A stretch of 64,000 bases of DNA, taken from the NCBI RefSeq assembly GCF_009914755.1, contig NC_060945.1, one strand, 5' to 3'. Made by a program: the position numbers and the translations under genes. Within the stretch, counting starts at the first letter, position 1, and every line of letters starts with the position of its first letter. The notes under the pieces were generated by a model that saw nothing but the letters and a program-made list of their open reading frames with translations, did not search any database and was not told where the DNA came from. This document shows, piece by piece, positions 57,391 to 64,000 of this stretch. The stretch is from the human T2T-CHM13v2.0 reference genome, Homo sapiens.

Positions 57391-58789
57391 TTTCTTTCTT
57401 TTAGGCAATATCCAGTTCAAATCCTCATTTGCCATAAAGCCTTGCAAGAGCACTCCTTCAAAAAGTGATCTCTCCTCTTCAGGTGGTATGGCATGATTTC
57501 CAAAAGTTTGCTCCATTGAATGTTCTGATCCTTGAAATGATGTGTTTTCTATAAATTATATTTTCAATTAAGTTTGGAAAGTACTATAGACTACAACTCC
57601 TCTTGCAGAGATTGAGAAGGCAGATTCACTATTAAGAGTTCTGAAATTGCCAGAATTAATAAATCAAATTAGCTTGGTTTAGTCTAGGTTTTTCTAACGT
57701 ACTTGATGATGGAAGCTTTCCCCGTCCGCTAAGATTTATTCACATCCTCCTGAATTATATTTCATATATCTCAATTTAAGAAATGCTATATTATGAAAAG
57801 TAGATAAAATATATAGTGATGAATTATTTTACTATTTTAGGGTGTGTTCATTTTTTGCAGTCAAATTGGTTATTTTCTTATTTTCCTTTTTGCACATTCA
57901 TGACTGCTTTGAGCATTGTGTTCTTTCTTGGTTCTCCCAAAATACCTAACAGCATCATGGTAGGTTTTCAATCTTTTTGATTTAGCAAAATTATTTTTAT
58001 AAAAATATGAATTAAACAAATATAAAAATAAAAAATATGTCTTGATGAAACACTAAGTAATACCATGTTTAATTAATTGTCTGAAAAGACATAAAAATGG
58101 CATAAAGAATAGTGTAGGTATACACATACCACAGAGCTTAAAAAATAAAACTTGAAAATAAAAGTTGAAGATCCTTGTATATCCCTTCCTGGTGGCATTT
58201 CATGCTATTTAGAGGAACTCACCATCCTAAAGTTATTCTTCCTCATTTTTAAAGCTTTTCTAACAGTTTATTACAAGCCCTGTATCCTTAAGCAGTAGTG
58301 TCGACTTATTTTATAATTTATATAAATGGTTCTGCTGTGTTTCTTTAACTTTTTTCTTATAAATATATTTGTGATTTTTAGCCTTACTAAAAAATAGTCC
58401 CAAGAATTTATACATTTAATGCTGAATAGAACCATGTTATTTGAGCACAATTATCATTATTATTATATTATTGTATATGCATTACAATTTGCTGGTGCTT
58501 GAAACAATACTTCTGTGAATATTCTGAAATGTAGCAGCATTAATGCTGTTGGATGTATTCCATTATACTTGGTCATAAAAGCAATTTCTGCACCATAATA
58601 TATGCATATGTTTACTTTCATTGTGTCCCAGTTACCTATTACTGGGTAACAACTAACCTCCAAAACGTTGTAGTGAAAAAGAACCACGATTTGATTTCAC
58701 TGACAGAACTGTGGATGTCTGGGATAGTGGAGAAGGCTGAGGTGGCTTAAATACTGATATATCTGAATCCTTTAGCTTGTGGACTCACA

Positions 58790-59040
58790 TCTGCTAGTCC
58801 AGGAATTAAAGAAAAAAAAATACACACTGTAAAATCAGCCTGTGGCCTGATTGTATATGGCCCCTGAAATAGAAGTCATTTTTACATTTGTAAAGGGTTA
58901 TTTTTAAAAAGAAAAAAAAAACTCAAGGAAGTAATAGAAGTCTTTATGTGATCCTCAAAACCTATATTATTTATACTATGTGGCCTATTACAGAGAAACA
59001 AAATAAAAATAAAAGCTTTGCTAACAAATAACTTGGATAT
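58790..59040. mobile_element. MER58B-like remnant
   Basis: 'aaatcagcctgtggcctgattgtatatggcccctgaaatagaagtcatttttacatttgtaaaggg' and 'tggcctattacagagaaa'. Confidence 0.6.
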
Positions 59041-59865
59041 GGCATGTGACGAATTTTTTAAAAAATATATTATTACAAACTCTGCCTTTACTGATAAATG
59101 TAGTACAGCTGTATTTATTGTGTTTACTAGAAGGTTTAGGGTGTTTTCCCTACCATCATGTGTACTACTTTCTATTCATTATTTTTCCCTTTTACACATT
59201 TATATTTTTACAATTTATTTTTGAAATAAAATGTACACAGTGAAAAAAATGTCTTCAATATCTTATTTTGTTTAAGGATCATAACAAAGCTCTTAGTGTA
59301 ACTTTAAAATAATCTATAACTTAATCTACTATTTTGAGTGAGAACCGGTCTCAAAAATATATATATATATGTGTGTGTATATATATATATATATATGATG
59401 TTCTAGTGCTATTTCAATATAAACTAACTTAACTCCTGCCATAAGTTCTGCCCCATTAGCCAAATGCATTTTTAATATTTTTTCTTTGGATATAATTCCT
59501 AGGTACTTGCTTAGTGATATGATTCCATAATGCTTTGACCTAAAGCATCACATACATTTCAAAATTACCTGAATTCTTAATCTCTTATCCCCCAACTAAT
59601 AGTCTTGTGCAAAGATGCACAAGAATGTGCCTGAAGGCAATTTATATGCAGAATAAGTAATGCAGAGAGTGAGGCAATTATCGCAGCTGGTTATCTATAG
59701 TGATTAAATTCACCTTCGAGTTGCTCTCTTCTCCAAATCATATGACAAACACACAGGTAAAGGATTCAGTTAAAATTATAATTCCTTCCATTCACCAGGT
59801 AATACGTGTCTTCTTTCGTGGAAACAGAACTCATCTGAATGATTATGATTTGGCATTCACATAGA

Positions 59866-60068
59866 AAAGTGGTTCTCAAAGTTTAGTGCCTATCAAAATC
59901 ACCTGAAGAGCCTCTTAAAAAATGGAGTACTGAGTTCAAAAATAGAGTGCTGAGTCCTACTTCCAGAATTACTGATTCAATGGGTCTATAAGGGGCCAAG
60001 TTGTTGTGTTTCTAGCAGGTTTCCAGGTAATGGTAAAGACGCTATTCTCGGCATCACTTTAAGAATCA
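59866..60068. mobile_element. MER5A
   Basis: 'agtggttctcaaagtttagtgcctatcaaaatcacctg...ctgattcaatgggtct...tttctagcaggtttccaggt...cactttaagaatca'. Confidence 0.75.
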
Positions 60069-60677
60069 TTAATCATCGCTACTATTAAAGAATCGATCAT
60101 ATTGCAACACCCGGAATAATAAGGAATATTAAACATTCCCCCATTTTCAGAGCAATCCTAGCTTTATATAATCAATTAGGGCTTACCCATTCTTTTTGCC
60201 AACTTCTAGTAATTTACCAACTCTGTCTGTTAAGTATAAATTAAGCTGCTGACCGAAGTTCTTATTATATTTCCTCAATTGTGTATGAGAAATGAAATAT
60301 TGAATGAAATCATCACTTGACCAGAGATAAATCCTTACAATATTTTTAGAATGCTAAATCGTATTAGTATCTCCATTAAAGAAATTAGTACAAATTAAAG
60401 GAGATCAGGAAACTCTGTGGGACAGGTTTTGTGAATCAATTAGGTAGGCTGATTATCAAATTAATACTTCCAATTATTCTTGAAAGAAATAATTAAGCAC
60501 CATAGCCTGTCTGCTTAAGAAGAAGAAGTTGGAACATAAATAGGTAGAACCATGTTTATATATGTAGGGTAAGGTTGAGAGAGAAGAGAAGTCCGGTAAC
60601 AATGATGCATTTCATGAGGCATCAGAAAACATCCATGATTTCATCAATTCTAGAACTGCTTAGATTTCTTGCATTTC

Positions 60678-60859
60678 TGAGGTTGCTACATAAAATACAG
60701 AACACCCAGTTAAATTTGAATTTCAAATGAACAATGGATATCTTTTAGCACAAGGATGTCCTAAATATTGCATGGGAAATATATTACTATAAATTATTTA
60801 TTATTTTTCTCAGCATTAAATTTAACTAAGGTTTTCATCTGCTAAATCTGGCAACCATA
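60678..60859. mobile_element. MER53 (palindromic hAT-like MITE)
   Basis: 'aggttgctacataaaatacagaacacccagttaaatttgaatttca' ... 'ctaaatctggcaacc'. Confidence 0.8.
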
Positions 60860-61016
60860 TTCTAATTGGACCTGCTCATGTAAAACATTTGGCAGATGTA
60901 TGGCTGTATATGACCAGGTAGGAATAAAGAGGTTTTTTTCTCTATTTTTCCCAATATATATCATTGTTTGTATCATACAGTGTTTAGTTAGGGAAACATA
61001 ACTCCTTTGAGAATTA

Positions 61017-61451
<435 letters not shown>

Positions 61452-61698
61452 TCTGGGAATCCAGGCATGTCCAATTTCTGGAGTAGGAATGTGAAGGAAA
61501 ATTAATAAAAAAGATTATGAAGGGCTCTTCCCTCTCTGCCTTTGGAGGTTGGCCTATGGACAACAAAAATATAGCCAATGGGTGAATGATGTTCAGGATA
61601 TAGATCAACAGGTCAAGAGTGAAGTTGGAATTGCAGATAAAGATTTCAGTTGCTCCCACCAACATAGTAATTTAAGCTAATTGGCACCCTATACTTCT

Positions 61699-62064
61699 TG
61701 TCTTAGTTGAGGGTTCTGTAACAAAAATACCATAGACTGGATAGCTAAACAACAAGCATGTATTTCTCACAGTTGTAGAGGCTGAGAAGTCCAAGATCAA
61801 GGTGCCACCAGATCCAGTGTCTGGTGAGAGCCCTCCTTCTGGTTGCACATGGCTGTCTTCTTGCTGCATCCTTACATGGTAGAGAGGGGAGAGCAAGAGC
61901 AAACATGTGTCTCTTCTTATAGGGGCACTAATGTTACTAATGAGGGTTCCACCCTCGTAGCCCAATTACGTCTCAAAGGCACCACCTCCCAAAATCATCA
62001 CATTGGGGTTTATGATTTCAACATTTGATTTTTTGGGGGTGATGCAAACATTCAGCCCATAGGA
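61699..62064 (-). mobile_element. MLT1A/MSTD-type LTR
   Basis: 'taccatagactggatagctaaacaacaag...gaagtccaagatcaaggtgcc...aaacattcagcccatag'. Confidence 0.85.
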
Positions 62065-62515
62065 CTTTTCCTATTTCTATTCTTATCAGGCACTATGGCA
62101 AGTTGTAGATTTGTAAATCCCCTGTTAATAAAGAGATCTCTCTAACTGAATTCTCACACTTGTGCCTTGGTTTGTTATTTCAAAACACTAAAAATTTTTT
62201 GCATTACTTAGTAGCAGATATGTTTCAATCAAAAATACATAGGAAAAATAATAAGACAGTCAACTGTTTTATTTTTCAAAGGTAGGGGAGGCATTTTATT
62301 TTATTTTTTAAACTTTCCTAACCCTATTTATTACATAAATAGGAGAATTTATGAATTTCTTATGAAAACAAGACTAGAAGAGACTAAAGTGAAGACATCG
62401 AGCCTCCTCACTGGCTGACGTTTATTGTTGAGAAAAGTTTAAGCCCCTTCATATCTTCCACATCTCCCATAACTTCTATTTTGGCATAATGCTAAAAGAG
62501 TATTCTATATATTTA

Positions 62516-62639
62516 AATATAATGAAGGCTATAGTATATTCAAAAGTTGGATTACATTGACTAGTCAATTCAAACAACCATTAATGGTTGTCAGTCAATG
62601 TAATCCAACTTTTGAATGTGCTATAGCCTTCATTATATT
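62516..62639 (+). repeat. Long inverted repeat (47-bp arms, 30-nt structured spacer)
   Basis: 62516-62562 is the reverse complement of 62593-62639 with 2 mismatches. The spacer contains the perfect 18-bp palindrome acaaccattaatggttgt. Confidence 0.95.
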
Positions 62640-62777
62640 GCATTAAATGCAGCTTAAACTTCCTGAGCAGTTTAAGCACTTTAAGCTACACTGCTAATCT
62701 GTTATAATAGACTAATGCAATGTTCCATTGTTTGTGTTCATTCTGAGTCTGCGAATTTAGTCCTTTCAATTCACTCT

Positions 62778-63296
62778 TTTTTTAATATTATTTTATTATA
62801 TTTTTATTTATTTTTTATTTTACTTTAAGCTCTGGGGTACAAGTGCAGAACGTGCAGGTTTATTACATAGGTATACATGTGCCATGGTGGTTTGCGGCAC
62901 CCATCAACCCATCATCTACATTAGGTATTTCTCCTAATGCTATCCCTCCCCAGCCCCCCACCCACTAACAAGCCCTGGTGTTGATGTTCCCCTCCCTGTG
63001 TCCATGTGTTCTAATTGTTCAACTCCCACTTTTGAATGAGAACACATGGTGTTTGGTTTTCTGTTCTTGTGTTAGTTCGCTGAGAATGATGGTTTCCAGC
63101 TTCATCCATGTCCCTGCAAAGGACATGAACTCATCCTTTTTTATGGCTGCATAGTATTCCATGGTGTATATGTGCCACATTTTCTTTATCCAGTCTATCA
63201 CTGATGGGCATTTGGGTTGTTATCAAGTCTTTGATATTGTGAACAGTGCCACAGTAAACATATGTGTGCATGTGTCTTTATAATAGAATTATTTAT
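62778..63296 (-). mobile_element. L1PA7/8-like 3' end
   Basis: ORF2 C-terminus (MIDWIKKMWHIYTMEYYAAIKKDEFMSFAGTW), 3'UTR and an A-rich tail. Confidence 0.92.
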
Positions 63297-63585
63297 TTTA
63301 ATTTGAGATGGAGTCTTGCTCTGCTGCCCAGGCTGGAGCACAGTGGCATGATCTCAGCTCACTGCAACTTTTGCTTCCCAGGTTCAAATAATTCTCCTGC
63401 CTCAGCCTTCCAAATAGCTAGGATTACAGGTGCCCACCACCAAAGCCAGCTAATTTTTTGTATTTTTAGTAGAGACAGAACTTCACCATGTTGGCCAGGC
63501 TGGTCTCGAACTTCCAGCCTCAGGTGATCCACCCACCTCGGCCTCCCAAAGTTATGATTACAGGCATGAGCCACTGTGCCTGGCC
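63297..63585 (-). mobile_element. AluS (Sx-like) fused directly upstream of the L1 fragment
   Basis: Full-length Alu body with only about 8-14 nt of tail before the L1. TSD tcaattcactct brackets both Alu and L1. Confidence 0.92.
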
Positions 63586-64000
63586 TCAATTCACTCTCTT
63601 AACCAGAAAAATCAGTCAAATATTAGATTATTCCACAGTTAAATTATAATTAAAATAATCTGAGCAACTTAATCATCAACATTCTTTTATTTCTTAATAT
63701 ATATATTTTAAATTTCCTAACTAAAATGTATTGATTTAGTATTTTTTAAAAAAGTGTTTTTAGTATTCATATTTTGTACAAGTGCATGGCACATACGTAA
63801 ATTTAAGAAATATTAAACTTATTAAGATAACAAGAATTTCAAGTACTTATTTTTTATGTTTCCAACACCACTTCTTTTTTTATTTTTTATTTTAAGCTGT
63901 TTATCATGTTAGGGCTAATGAGCATGCAGTATAATATGCTTACATATTATTTATGTAATTCTAGAATTACCTATTTTGATGACAATGCTAAATTCTTATG

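Noticed and set aside
60678-60859. Imperfect long palindrome as a novel hairpin
   Set aside because: It is explained by MER53, which is palindromic.

Overview
This is AT-rich, repeat-dense primate (very probably human or great-ape) non-coding DNA, either a gene desert or a large intron. It is not prokaryotic. I can support no protein-coding gene, tRNA, rRNA or CRISPR array. The supplied ORFs are short chance frames or read through Alu, L1 and LTR sequence; several are recognisable L1 ORF2p remnants. The window holds about 17 Alu elements or fragments (FLAM, J, S and Y), many L1 pieces (L1PA3 down to L1M), three minus-strand ERV1-class solo LTRs (LTR12, LTR9/LTR25-like, MER50/MER48-like), several MaLR LTRs, a degraded ERVL-type provirus, and old DNA transposons (MADE1, MER47, MER53, MER58, MER81, MER5, Kanga/MER104-like). 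Family and subfamily calls come from recalled consensus motifs, not from a RepeatMasker run, and the boundaries of old elements are approximate. I found no new multi-gene system. The most unusual signals are structural: (1) a non-repeat hairpin with 47-bp arms at 62516-62639 whose two mismatches are both G:U pairs on the + strand; (2) an Alu and an L1 3' end sharing one target-site duplication (62766-63597); (3) an Alu with an internally inverted segment (8451-8785); (4) a fold-back inverted repeat enclosing a 27-bp copy of sequence from 3.2 kb away (29003-29146); and (5) an L1PA3 whose 5' junction re-copies the upstream flank. Several of these look like template-switching scars.
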